Source: Candidatus Hadarchaeum sp. (lineage in GTDB: Archaea > Hadarchaeota > Hadarchaeia > Hadarchaeales > Hadarchaeaceae). From it: a DNA stretch of 39,213 bases. Below the pieces are notes generated by a model. That model had not been told where the DNA came from and did no database searches. It was given only the letters and a program-made list of their open reading frames with translations. Below, piece by piece: positions 1 to 9,172 of this stretch (positions within the stretch are counted from its first letter, which is position 1; the number at the start of each line of letters is the position of its first letter). Where the stretch lies: NCBI RefSeq assembly GCF_049969415.1, contig NZ_JBMFOX010000011.1, forward strand, positions 1 to 39,213, read 5' to 3'. Made by a program: the position numbers and the translations under genes.

Positions 1-66
1 TGAAGATTCTATTGATCGCCTAGAACCAATGTTTTTATTTACCAACGCAGACGTAATGGGGGTAAA

Positions 67-993
67 ATGGTTGAGCCAATAGTCATCGACGGCATAGTTT
101 ACGCTGCACTTTTGGCCTGTATGACAATCGGCTTTACTCTAATCCTGATGTCTACGAGGATCTGGAACTTTGCCTACGGATCAATGGCCACTGCCGGGGC
201 ATATATTTCTTTGACCGCGGCCGAGGTTTGGAAACTGCCCGTTTACAGTCAGCTGATCACGGCCTTTGTTATTTCCGGAATTGTGTCCTTTGCCCTGTAT
301 CGATTTCTGGTCAGGCCGCTAAGCCAGAGAGGCATTTCCCTTGATGGCCTGTTTGTCCTGACGTTCGCGTTTAACTTCGTCCTGCTGGGTTTTTTGAATA
401 TCTACGCGGATTATTTGACAAACGTGTTCAAGCTGCGTGCCAGACTGTTCTTCCTCAGAGGGGCCGATATACAGATCTTTGGCACCCCGGGCGTGACAAT
501 AATTGCACCGTTGCTGGCGGTGTCCATAATCATAGTGCTGCATCTCTTCCTGACGAGAACGAAGTTCGGCACGGCCATGCGGGCGACCATCGAGAACCCT
601 CCCTTGGCCGGGAGCGTTGGTGTGAACGTCAACTTGGTTTACTCAGTAGCCTGGTTTGTAGCTGGCGGGCTCGCCGGGTTGGCAGGGGGACTACTTCCGC
701 TTTGGATTTTGTGCTATCCCAACATAGGCGACGTAATCATGCTGAGCGTTTTCGCCGCCAGCATACTGGGTGGGATACACAGCATCTACGGTGCCTTGCT
801 GGGCGGTTTTATTGCCGGCTTGGCTGAGGTCTGGGGGACATCGGCTCTGGCCGGTGTATTAGGATCGGCGGTTATCCAGTACAGACCCCTTATTCCTTTG
901 ATTATTGTGGTCGTCTTCTTCCTCACCGCGCCGGAGGGAATCACGGGAATCGAATGGCGCGGAAAACTGACTAAAAGGATAAGAAAAGTTTAG
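67..993 (+). CDS. livH: Branched-chain amino acid ABC transporter permease (LivH-like)
   Basis: Hydrophobic 308-aa ORF with NFAYGS (NFAHG-type) motif and RTKFGTAMRATIENPPLAGSVGVN loop typical of LivH; GGGGT site before the ATG. Confidence 0.9.
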   Translation: MVEPIVIDGIVYAALLACMTIGFTLILMSTRIWNFAYGSMATAGAYISLTAAEVWKLPVYSQLITAFVISGIVSFALYRFLVRPLSQRGISLDGLFVLTFAFNFVLLGFLNIYADYLTNVFKLRARLFFLRGADIQIFGTPGVTIIAPLLAVSIIIVLHLFLTRTKFGTAMRATIENPPLAGSVGVNVNLVYSVAWFVAGGLAGLAGGLLPLWILCYPNIGDVIMLSVFAASILGGIHSIYGALLGGFIAGLAEVWGTSALAGVLGSAVIQYRPLIPLIIVVVFFLTAPEGITGIEWRGKLTKRIRKV

Positions 994-1019
994 GGCAATT
1001 CAGTTTGTTGGTAAATCGG

Positions 1020-2195
1020 TTAATTTATTTTTTTCTCAAGAAATTCAACGATTTTTGATATCCCTTTTACCACGCTTTCGTATGGGGCCGAATAGGAGAT
1101 TCTGAGGTGACCCTTGCAGCTCTCGCCGAATCCTGAACCTGGGGCCGTGCAAACGTGCGTTTTATTCAATAGTTCCTTGGCGAAGTTTTCGTCGTCCTTC
1201 TCGAATCGTGAAAAATCAGGAAACACGTAAAAGGCCCCCTTTGGTCTGACAAAGTAAACTTCAGGAATTCTTTCCAGCTCTTTGATCACGGCCCTTCTTC
1301 TCCGTTCGTATTCTTGGCGCATTCTCTCCACGCAATCTTGTGGTCCGGTCAGGGCAGCCAGAGCCGCTTTTTGGGATATTGAGCTGGGGCAGAGGACCAT
1401 ATAGTAATGCAGCTTGTTTATTTCCCTTGCCAGAGCACCCTTGGCCGCCACATATCCGATTCTCCATCCTGTCATGGCGTAGGCTTTGGAAAAGCCGTTA
1501 ACGGTTATCGTTCTATCCTCGGCGCCGGGAAGCGAGCCAATGCTTATGTGCCTGGCATCATCATAAATCAGCTTTTCATAAATCTCGTCCGAAAATATCA
1601 GCAGGTCATGTTTTTTGGCAACTTCCACGATTGTTTCTAAGTCCTCGCGGGTAAAGACATGACCCGTTGGGTTGCTCGGGCTGCACATCCAAATCAGTTT
1701 TGTCCTCGAATCAACCCTTTTTTCCAATTCCTCTAAGTCAACCCGGTAGCCTTCCTCCCTATTCAGCGGAACCGGTATCGGCACGGCGCCGGCTATCAAG
1801 GTGTCCTCAAAATATGCCGGATAGTAGGGCTCCAGAACCAGCGCCCTGTCACCAGGGTTCAGGAAGGCCAAGGCAGCAATTGCCATCGTCTCTTGGGTGC
1901 CAGAAACAATGATGACTTCAGTTTTTGGATCCACATCAATACCGTTTTCCCGCGACAGCTTTTCACTAACGGCCTCCCTAAGTTCGAGCGTTCCCGGGGT
2001 GTGCGTGTAGTGGGTAAACCCTTCATCCATAGCTTTTTTTGCCGCTTCCAGTATGTGGGGCGGGGTAATAAAATCCGGTTCCCCTTGTTCCAGATGAATA
2101 ACGTCCCTCATACCCGCGCTGAGGTCTATCATCCTTCTGATGGCGGATGGTTTGATAAACTTAAGCCGTTCAGAGGAGGTATTTTCGCCTTTCAT
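1020..2195 (-). CDS. PLP-dependent class I aminotransferase (aspartate/aromatic aminotransferase family)
   Basis: GEPDF, SPSNPTG, SDEIY, NGFSKAYAMTGWRIG (PLP lysine) and GAFY motifs. Confidence 0.93.
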   Translation of the reverse strand: MKGENTSSERLKFIKPSAIRRMIDLSAGMRDVIHLEQGEPDFITPPHILEAAKKAMDEGFTHYTHTPGTLELREAVSEKLSRENGIDVDPKTEVIIVSGTQETMAIAALAFLNPGDRALVLEPYYPAYFEDTLIAGAVPIPVPLNREEGYRVDLEELEKRVDSRTKLIWMCSPSNPTGHVFTREDLETIVEVAKKHDLLIFSDEIYEKLIYDDARHISIGSLPGAEDRTITVNGFSKAYAMTGWRIGYVAAKGALAREINKLHYYMVLCPSSISQKAALAALTGPQDCVERMRQEYERRRRAVIKELERIPEVYFVRPKGAFYVFPDFSRFEKDDENFAKELLNKTHVCTAPGSGFGESCKGHLRISYSAPYESVVKGISKIVEFLEKKIN

Positions 2196-2359
2196 GTCTG
2201 GTCCACGTTCACCTGATTTTGAAAATATATATCTTTTTGGATTTTTTACAATCAGGTTTCTTAATCATTGATAAATTGTCAAAAGGAGATTTCTTGATTA
2301 AAATTTAAAAAGCAGGATAAAAGTTAAATAATGGATTGTTTAGTTAAAAAGGAAATACA

Positions 2360-3388
2360 ATGGCAGCCATTGATTTCCTGTTGGATATGTTGGCGACAGT
2401 GGGCGTGTACCTAATTCTGACTTTGAGTTTAAATCTGGATTCAGGATATTGCGGCATCCCCAACTTTGGTAAAGTTCTGGCCATGATTGCAGGTGCCTTT
2501 GTCGTGGCATTTTTTCCCGGTAGAATCTTAGCCTGGATTTTGGGCTTAAGCGGCGATTTTGTTACTGACAATGCCTCGATGATATTCCAGATAAATAACT
2601 TTCTTGCTTCGGATTTTCTGATGAGTGCGGTCCTGTTTATTGCCACGATAATCGTCGCCATTGGTTTTGGCATGCTGGTTGGTTACGTCTCGACCCGTCC
2701 TGCGGTCAAGATAGGAAGTGGTCCGTTAGCGATAATGTTGCTGGCAATGGGCGAAGGAATGAGGGTGATCGGCACCAACTATGCTCCGTTGGCGGGCGGC
2801 AGCATAGGTATTTCAGCCCCGGATGTGTTTGCATGGGCTGGTGGCGACAGGTTTGTTGTCGCGTCGGTTGTGCTGTTCGCTTTTTCCATCGCCATTTTCT
2901 TTTACATCAACCGATTGACCAACGCTCCGTTGGGTAGGATGTTGAGGGCTGTCAGGGACAACGAGATCGCTGCCGAGTGTCTTGGCGTAAATATTGTCGG
3001 AGTTAAACTTAAAACCATGATGATTTCATCGGCGATCGCCGCCGTCGCCGGGGCCCTGTATGCCTTTTACTCAGGAGCCATTATTAGTACCGCCTACACG
3101 CGTGCCTCATGGACATTTATCCCATGGGCCATGATGCTGCTGGGCGGAGTGGCCAATAACGTTGGTGTTGTCGCCGGAGTGTTTTCATTCGTATTTTTAA
3201 GAAAATTAATAGTCATGTATAAAACCGAAGTGGGCCCGTATCTCCCCTTCGATGTTCTTTGGCTCGAGCTTATCCTTTATGGCGTTATGGTTATCTTGAT
3301 TCTCCTGTACCGGCCTGAGGGCTTGATACCAGAGAAAAGGACGAAAACTTTAGATTTAGGGACGTTAAAAAAACTGCAGAAGGCTTAA
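2360..3388 (+). CDS. livM: Branched-chain amino acid ABC transporter permease (LivM-like)
   Basis: LSLNL..GYCGIPNFG, PLGRMLRAVRDNEIAAECLG and C-terminal RPEGL motifs; polytopic. Confidence 0.9.
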   Translation: MAAIDFLLDMLATVGVYLILTLSLNLDSGYCGIPNFGKVLAMIAGAFVVAFFPGRILAWILGLSGDFVTDNASMIFQINNFLASDFLMSAVLFIATIIVAIGFGMLVGYVSTRPAVKIGSGPLAIMLLAMGEGMRVIGTNYAPLAGGSIGISAPDVFAWAGGDRFVVASVVLFAFSIAIFFYINRLTNAPLGRMLRAVRDNEIAAECLGVNIVGVKLKTMMISSAIAAVAGALYAFYSGAIISTAYTRASWTFIPWAMMLLGGVANNVGVVAGVFSFVFLRKLIVMYKTEVGPYLPFDVLWLELILYGVMVILILLYRPEGLIPEKRTKTLDLGTLKKLQKA

Positions 3389-4098
3389 CTACCACTTTTT
3401 ATCCCGAGGTAGACCTTACCCAATTCTGGGTGGGCCAGAAGGTTCTTGGCGCTGCCTTGATAGGTCACTTTTCCGCTGGTCATCAATAACGCGTCGTCAG
3501 CGATTTGCAGCGCTTTCTTCGCCGCTTGCTCTATCAAAACTACAGTAATTCCCCTTTTGTTAAGCTCTAAAATCTTCTTCATCACCTCATTCGCTGCCTT
3601 TGGTGAGAGGCTGGCCACGGGTTCGTCAAACAAAATCATCTCCGGTTTTCTGATCATTGCCATGGCCATGGCCACCATTTGCCTTTCGCCGCCGCTGAGG
3701 AAACCGCATTTTTTCCTGAGGTATTTTTTCACGATTGGGAATTCCTCTATTGTTTCACTGATTCTTTTTTTTGTATCTTCTTTAGACAGGGTATAACCAG
3801 CCAGCATTAAGTTTTCCTCCACCGTCAGGTTGCTGAAAACATTTCCTGTTTGTGGCAGGTATGAGATGCCTCGCTTGGTAACAAGGTGCGTTGATAAACC
3901 GGTGATATCATCGTTTTTGAAAGTTATTTTCCCAGAATACACTTTAGTCATCCCCATCACAGTTTTTATCAAAGTACTTTTCCCGCTGCCGTTTGGCCCC
4001 ACGATGGTGAGGATTTTACCTTTTTTTACTTCCGCGTTGACGTCAAACAGCACTTGAAACTTTCCGTAACCGGCGTTCAATCCACGGATTGTTAGCAT
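3385..4098 (-). CDS. livF: Branched-chain amino acid ABC transporter ATPase (LivF-like)
   Basis: Walker A GPNGSGKST, signature LSGGERQM, Walker B ILFDEP, EQ switch, C-terminal YLG. Confidence 0.92.
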   Translation of the reverse strand: MLTIRGLNAGYGKFQVLFDVNAEVKKGKILTIVGPNGSGKSTLIKTVMGMTKVYSGKITFKNDDITGLSTHLVTKRGISYLPQTGNVFSNLTVEENLMLAGYTLSKEDTKKRISETIEEFPIVKKYLRKKCGFLSGGERQMVAMAMAMIRKPEMILFDEPVASLSPKAANEVMKKILELNKRGITVVLIEQAAKKALQIADDALLMTSGKVTYQGSAKNLLAHPELGKVYLGIKSGS

Positions 4099-4863
4099 CT
4101 ACTCACCCAGATAGCTCTCAATCACCTTTTCATCGTTTAGAACTTCTTTAGGCTTACCTTCCGAGATAATATTGCCCCGGTCCATCGCGTAAACATAATC
4201 GACATAAGGCAAGACCGGCTCCAACCTGTGCTCAATGATCAGGAAGGTTATACCCGGCTTCTTTTTTAAGTCGACGAAGTGTTTAAACATCTTGTCGATC
4301 AGGCTGGGAAAAACACCCGCGGCCGGCTCGTCCATCAGTATCATTTTGGCCCCACTCATCAGCGCTCTTGCGGTTTCCAGGAGCTTCATCTGTCCGCCGC
4401 TGAGTTCCGAAGCCTTCTTGTCCCACATGTGTGATAGGCCAACCGTGTTGAGGATTTCAAAGGCCTTTTCCGTGGCTTCTTTCTCCGCATCTCTCCAAGT
4501 TTTTTTAACGCAGGCTTTGAGAAAATTGGTTCCAGGATTCTCCTTGTAGGCCACGAGCACATTTTCCAAGACCGTCAGTTTGGTGAACAGCTGGGGGATT
4601 TGAAAAGTTCTTACCAGACCTTGTCTACAAACCATATCGGCGGTACAATGAGTAATTTCTCGGCCTTCAAAAAATATCTTCCCTTCATCCGGTCTGTAAA
4701 TTCCCGAAATGACGTTTATCAGCGTGGTTTTTCCGCTGCCGTTAGGACCGATTAACATGACCAAAAGCTGTTTTTTAACCTTCATGTTCACCTTATCCAG
4801 CGCCACTAGGCCGCCGAATGTCTTTCTGACCCCTTCAACAACGAGCAAATCTTCTTTTGCCAT
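4099..4863 (-). CDS. livG: Branched-chain amino acid ABC transporter ATPase (LivG-like)
   Basis: FGGLVAL, GPNGSGKTT, RTFQ, LSGGQ, MDEPAAG, IEH, YLG. Start moved from the track's 4974 to the ATG at 4863 (MAKEDLL...), because the extension lies in the divergent promoter region. Confidence 0.9.
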   Translation of the reverse strand: MAKEDLLVVEGVRKTFGGLVALDKVNMKVKKQLLVMLIGPNGSGKTTLINVISGIYRPDEGKIFFEGREITHCTADMVCRQGLVRTFQIPQLFTKLTVLENVLVAYKENPGTNFLKACVKKTWRDAEKEATEKAFEILNTVGLSHMWDKKASELSGGQMKLLETARALMSGAKMILMDEPAAGVFPSLIDKMFKHFVDLKKKPGITFLIIEHRLEPVLPYVDYVYAMDRGNIISEGKPKEVLNDEKVIESYLGE

Positions 4864-5000
4864 CACTATTTTTTCATAGATGCTTTTTATAACCCTTGCG
4901 GAAGCATTGAAATCCGCCCCGCATTTAAATATCCTTCCAACGCTGCCAAGATGAGGCGGAAAATATAAATTCAATAAATTAATGTAGGTGTGGTGATAGC

Positions 5001-6026
5001 TTGCAGAAATTTAAGGCAGTTATAGAGCATGCCACGTTTTATGACCTGAGCATGGAACGTGACGCTCTGGGAAAAATGGGCGTGGAAGTCGTAGATATCG
5101 TTGAAAGTGGTGCCGACATTAGAAAGGAAGCGGTCGACGCAGACGCGGTAATGGTTGAAACGGAGACCATTGATCGGGACCTAATTTATTCTATGAAAAA
5201 ATGCAAGATCATTGCAGTTTACGCAACCGGCTATGATAACATAGATGTGAAAGCTGCAACTGAACGGGGGATCTTCGTTACCAACGCGGGAAATTATTGT
5301 TCCGAGGAAGTTCAGGATCATGCCTTGGCCTTGATCATGGCCAGCGTGAGAAAGCTGTTTTTGTACTCCCAGGCGCTGAAATCTGGAAATTGGGAGAAGA
5401 AGTTGGGTAGGCCGGTGCGGAGCCTGCTGGATCTCAAGGACTTGGGCGTGCCGATTAAGGGTATCCCAGATACTGTCCTTGGAATATTTGGTTTCGGCCG
5501 AATCGGTCGCGGCCTGTGTCGGAAGGCTAGGTGTATCGGGTTCAAGGTAATCGCCCATGACCCATTAGTGCCACCAGAAGAGATACTTAAGGAAGGAGCC
5601 ACTCCGGTGAGCTTCGAGGAGCTGCTTGAGAAATCCGATGTAATCTCAATTCATGCCCCCCTAACTGAGGAAACTAGGCACAAATTCTCTTATAACGAGT
5701 TCAAGAAGATGAAAAAGACAGCCATATTGGTGAATGCCAGCCGCGGGGCCATATTGGATGAAGCTGCCCTCGTAAAAGCCCTAAAAGAGGGAGAAATCCA
5801 AGCAGCCGCCCTCGACGTGCTTGAAGAGGAGAATCCACCCTCGGAGGACAACCCGCTGTTCAAGTTAGACAACGTTATTGTTACGCCGCATTGTGCCTTT
5901 TACTCAGAGAGGTCTCAGATGGAGCTTCGCCGGAGAATTTTGAATCAAGCGATGCAGGCGTTGCGGGGAGAAGTGCCGGATAACTTGGTCAACAGAGAAG
6001 TGCTTGCTAAGCTCGGGCGAGAATGA
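5001..6026 (+). CDS. D-isomer-specific 2-hydroxyacid dehydrogenase (CtBP/phosphoglycerate-dehydrogenase-like), probably NAD-dependent
   Basis: GFGRIG Rossmann motif followed by HDP, HAPL, NASRG (Arg), LDVLEEE (Glu), TPHCAFYS (His); TTG start after GGTG; no ACT domain. Confidence 0.9.
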   Translation: MQKFKAVIEHATFYDLSMERDALGKMGVEVVDIVESGADIRKEAVDADAVMVETETIDRDLIYSMKKCKIIAVYATGYDNIDVKAATERGIFVTNAGNYCSEEVQDHALALIMASVRKLFLYSQALKSGNWEKKLGRPVRSLLDLKDLGVPIKGIPDTVLGIFGFGRIGRGLCRKARCIGFKVIAHDPLVPPEEILKEGATPVSFEELLEKSDVISIHAPLTEETRHKFSYNEFKKMKKTAILVNASRGAILDEAALVKALKEGEIQAAALDVLEEENPPSEDNPLFKLDNVIVTPHCAFYSERSQMELRRRILNQAMQALRGEVPDNLVNREVLAKLGRE

Positions 6027-6080
6027 TTACGGTTAGGAATGAATTAATTAGCTTTAGGCCGCATCCTTGGTAATGGTAAA

Positions 6081-7070
6081 ATGATAGACCTTGCCCTCGC
6101 CGATTTAAAGTTTCCGCCGCCGCGCGGCGTGTTGAGGGAGCTGGTTCGAGAAATTTCAATGGTGAACTTTTATCCCTCAGGAGATTACCTAGAACTCAAA
6201 CGCGCTTTTTGCGATTACTTGAGACCAAAAGTTTCGTTAGCAATTGAAAATGTGGTGTTCGGCAACGGGTTGGATGAAGTAATTGATCTTGTCACTCGGG
6301 TTTGGGGTGGCGTGAATTTAATTCCGATGCCGACCTTTAGCCAGTATTCCGCAGCAGCAGCGAGGTCTAACCAGAAGGTGATTAGCTCGGGCATGCTGCA
6401 GCAGGGTAAGTATGAGCTGGATTTTGATGAAGCCGATTTGAAGAGGGCCAGTTTGGTTTGGATTTGTAACCCCAACAACCCGACTGGAGATTTGATACCG
6501 CGCAGGAAAATCGAGCAGGCCATCGATAGCGCCAAGGGTATGGTAGCAGTTGACGAGTGCTACTATGAGTACACGGGAAAAACCGTCGTTGATTTGGTGA
6601 AGGATTATGATAATCTGATAGTCTTGAGAAGCTTTTCCAAGAATTTTGGCATCGCAGGCCTGAGGCTGGGCGTGGCGATATCGAGCAGGGAGAACATCAT
6701 GAAAATAGAGAAAATTAGACAGCCCTTCAACGTGAATCGATTTGCGGAGAAGGCCGGTGTGATTGTTCTAAGACATGCAGATGAGTACAAAAAGATTTGG
6801 CAGAGGGTGCTGAAAATAGGCAAGAAATTTGCTGCAGAGGTGAAAAAGATGGGATATAGACCCTTTCCCGTTAATGCCAACTTTGTCCTCGTAGATTTCT
6901 TGGACGAAAGAAAAGCAAGCGAGGCTTATCTAAAGTTGAAGAACAGCGGCATAAAGACATATCCAGGCTGGAGCGAGGAGGACTTCGAGGGTGACCTTAA
7001 TCAGCACATCAGGTTTGCGGTCGGCGCCGAGAGTGACATGGAGCTGGCTGTAAAGATTTTAAAGGGCTGA
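6081..7070 (+). CDS. HisC/CobD-family (class I/II) PLP aminotransferase, substrate uncertain
   Basis: YP, GNGLDEVI, PTFSQY, CNPNNPTG, DECYYEY, LRSFSKNFGIAGLRLG, ANF motifs. Confidence 0.85.
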   Translation: MIDLALADLKFPPPRGVLRELVREISMVNFYPSGDYLELKRAFCDYLRPKVSLAIENVVFGNGLDEVIDLVTRVWGGVNLIPMPTFSQYSAAAARSNQKVISSGMLQQGKYELDFDEADLKRASLVWICNPNNPTGDLIPRRKIEQAIDSAKGMVAVDECYYEYTGKTVVDLVKDYDNLIVLRSFSKNFGIAGLRLGVAISSRENIMKIEKIRQPFNVNRFAEKAGVIVLRHADEYKKIWQRVLKIGKKFAAEVKKMGYRPFPVNANFVLVDFLDERKASEAYLKLKNSGIKTYPGWSEEDFEGDLNQHIRFAVGAESDMELAVKILKG

Positions 7071-7081
7071 AAACTGGTTGT

Positions 7082-8302
7082 TTAAATTTTTTCTTTTCTT
7101 AGTAGGGCGGAAAAAACGACCGCGAGTGCGCAGATAGTCCCTCCGAGCAAAAAGGCCAAATCGTAATTTTTAACGCTGTCAAAGATTAGCCCACCTAGGT
7201 AAGGGCCTATCAGACCACCTAACCCAACCCCAGAGTCAAAAGTACCCAAAATTGAACCAATGTGTTTTGTTCCAAAAAAGCCACGCACTATGATCGGGTA
7301 GATTGCAATCCAACCGCCGAAACCGATGCCCATCAGCACCATCGCCAAATAGATTATCCAAATGTCCCCAGATCTAAAGAGCAAGAAAGTAGCGATGGAT
7401 TGAAGGGCAATGAAAATGGTGAAGAGATTCGTAGTGCTCAACTTGTCCGATGCCGCGCCGCCTATGATTCTGGCCAGCATGCTGCAGATTCCCAGCAGAG
7501 TAAGGGCCGTGCTTGCCGTTATCTCGTTAATGCCGAGTCCGATGGCGTGAGGTACCACGTGTACGGTCACTAAAAACAGAGATATGTGGGTGAAGACCAT
7601 TACAAGGTAAATGTACCAGAACGGTTTTTTCCCCATTGCAGATTTCAGGTCACATTCAACCGGCCTCTCGTTTTTTGCAGCGATGTCTCCGCCGTAAGGG
7701 GTCAGTCCCAGCGTTTTTGGTTCATGCCTGATTAAAAAGCTGGAAATGGACAGAAGCAAAAGGACAAGGATTCCCAAGATTAGAAAAGTTGTCCTCCAGC
7801 CAAAAATCTCGATCAACATTCCGATGACCGGAGGGAAAAGGGCCATTCCCCCGCTGAGGGCCGAAACGGCAAAGCCCGTGGCCATCCCCTTTCCCTTTTC
7901 AAACCAACGGGCAATTGCGGACACAGGAGGCACGTATAGCGCGCTGATGCCGAAACCAGCAATTCCAATGTAAATGCAAAATTCAACGAGAGAAGTAACC
8001 TGGCTTGATAACAGCAGCCCGCCTCCGGTAAGAAAGGCACCGATTGCCACGACCTTTCTCACTCCATAAAGATCGCTCATCCTTCCCAGAGGCAGCGACA
8101 TCGTTGACAAAAAGATGGAGATGGAAAAAGCCAGGGAGATGCTGGCCCTGGACCATCCGAACTCTTGGGTCAGCGGTTTGACGAAGACACCGTAGCTGTA
8201 GATGAGACCGACGACCAGCATGGAAAGGAAAGAAGCCAAAACCACGATCCAGCCATAAAAGAGCTTTTTTTCTCCGATTGTTTTTTCGTACTTGGTTGGC
8301 AT
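7082..8302 (-). CDS. MFS transporter (OFA/monocarboxylate-porter-like)
   Basis: About 12 hydrophobic segments; FYGWIVV start, GRMSDLYG motif A, WFEKGKGMATG, FFGTKHIG. Confidence 0.88.
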   Translation of the reverse strand: MPTKYEKTIGEKKLFYGWIVVLASFLSMLVVGLIYSYGVFVKPLTQEFGWSRASISLAFSISIFLSTMSLPLGRMSDLYGVRKVVAIGAFLTGGGLLLSSQVTSLVEFCIYIGIAGFGISALYVPPVSAIARWFEKGKGMATGFAVSALSGGMALFPPVIGMLIEIFGWRTTFLILGILVLLLLSISSFLIRHEPKTLGLTPYGGDIAAKNERPVECDLKSAMGKKPFWYIYLVMVFTHISLFLVTVHVVPHAIGLGINEITASTALTLLGICSMLARIIGGAASDKLSTTNLFTIFIALQSIATFLLFRSGDIWIIYLAMVLMGIGFGGWIAIYPIIVRGFFGTKHIGSILGTFDSGVGLGGLIGPYLGGLIFDSVKNYDLAFLLGGTICALAVVFSALLRKEKI

Positions 8303-8440
8303 TCTAAAACCTTCTGGAGAAGATGGTCCTTCACCTCGCCGCTATTTGTTTAATTACCGGCGGCTCCTTTATTTTTGTTTTTATCACTTCGTCGGCATTG
8401 CTCAGATTATTCTTCAGGTTGCTAGCTGCAGGATAATTAC

Positions 8441-8516
8441 AGTTGTGATTTTTTGATTTTGAGAACAACTTTTAGTTAAGCGTAAGTTGTTTTGCCCCGA
8501 CGGACGAGCAACAACT
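8441..8516. repeat. Four alternating AGTTGT/ACAACT half-sites; the central pair forms AACAACTT-N12-AAGTTGTT
   Basis: AGTTGT 8441-8446, ACAACT 8465-8470, AGTTGT 8485-8490, ACAACT 8511-8516, in the intergenic gap between iorB and the MFS gene. Confidence 0.5.
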
Positions 8517-8563
8517 GCATTAGTGTTGATAAATCTTTTTGGCGGCGTTTGAGATTTGAGCGA

Positions 8564-9172
8564 TTACCTGCCCATCAACTTTTCAATTTCTTTTTCTCCG
8601 GCATTGAAGGCAGCAATATTTTCATTCAGGTATTTTTTCGGCACGGTGTCTACCATCGCCTGGTAGAGCTCATCTCTTGTGAACGGAGAAACGCCCAGTT
8701 TGGCTAGGGAACCAAGCAGCACAACGCTCATGGCCCTGAGGGATCCGGCCTGTTTGGCAAGGCCGTAGGCGTCGTAGGCGTAGACCTCTTTACCCAACTG
8801 CTTGAGCAGGGAAATTTCTTCTTTCAGATCGGGATATTTTTCTTTACCCATCAGCACCGAAACCGGCAGAATTCCATTGGTGTTCATTATGATTGTCGTT
8901 TTCTCCCCAACGTAGTCTGCGGCGCGCAAAGCCTCGTTGGGGTCCAAGGCGATCAGGACATCGGCCTGGCCCGGTGGTATGAAGGAACTGTAGACTTGGC
9001 TTCCTAACCGGATTTGGACCTGGACGCTTCCTCCGCGTTGTGCCATGCCCAAGGTCTCATGCATTCTTCCTCTCAGACCCTTTCGAGTTGCTGCTTCCGC
9101 AATCACGTTGGTCAGTGTGGCCCCGCCTTGGCCGCCAACCCCCACGATAATACAATTAAATTCATCACTCAT
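8564..9172 (-). CDS. iorB: Indolepyruvate:ferredoxin oxidoreductase beta subunit
   Basis: GVGGQG, ETLGMAQRGGSV, EALR and N..AF..G motifs; start overlaps the end of iorA. Confidence 0.92.
   Translation of the reverse strand: MSDEFNCIIVGVGGQGGATLTNVIAEAATRKGLRGRMHETLGMAQRGGSVQVQIRLGSQVYSSFIPPGQADVLIALDPNEALRAADYVGEKTTIIMNTNGILPVSVLMGKEKYPDLKEEISLLKQLGKEVYAYDAYGLAKQAGSLRAMSVVLLGSLAKLGVSPFTRDELYQAMVDTVPKKYLNENIAAFNAGEKEIEKLMGR

Noticed and set aside
41-51. ACCAACGCAGA in the livH promoter is the reverse complement of 29423-29433 in the nadM promoter
   Set aside because: A single 11-mer match is expected by chance in a window this size, and the genes are unrelated.
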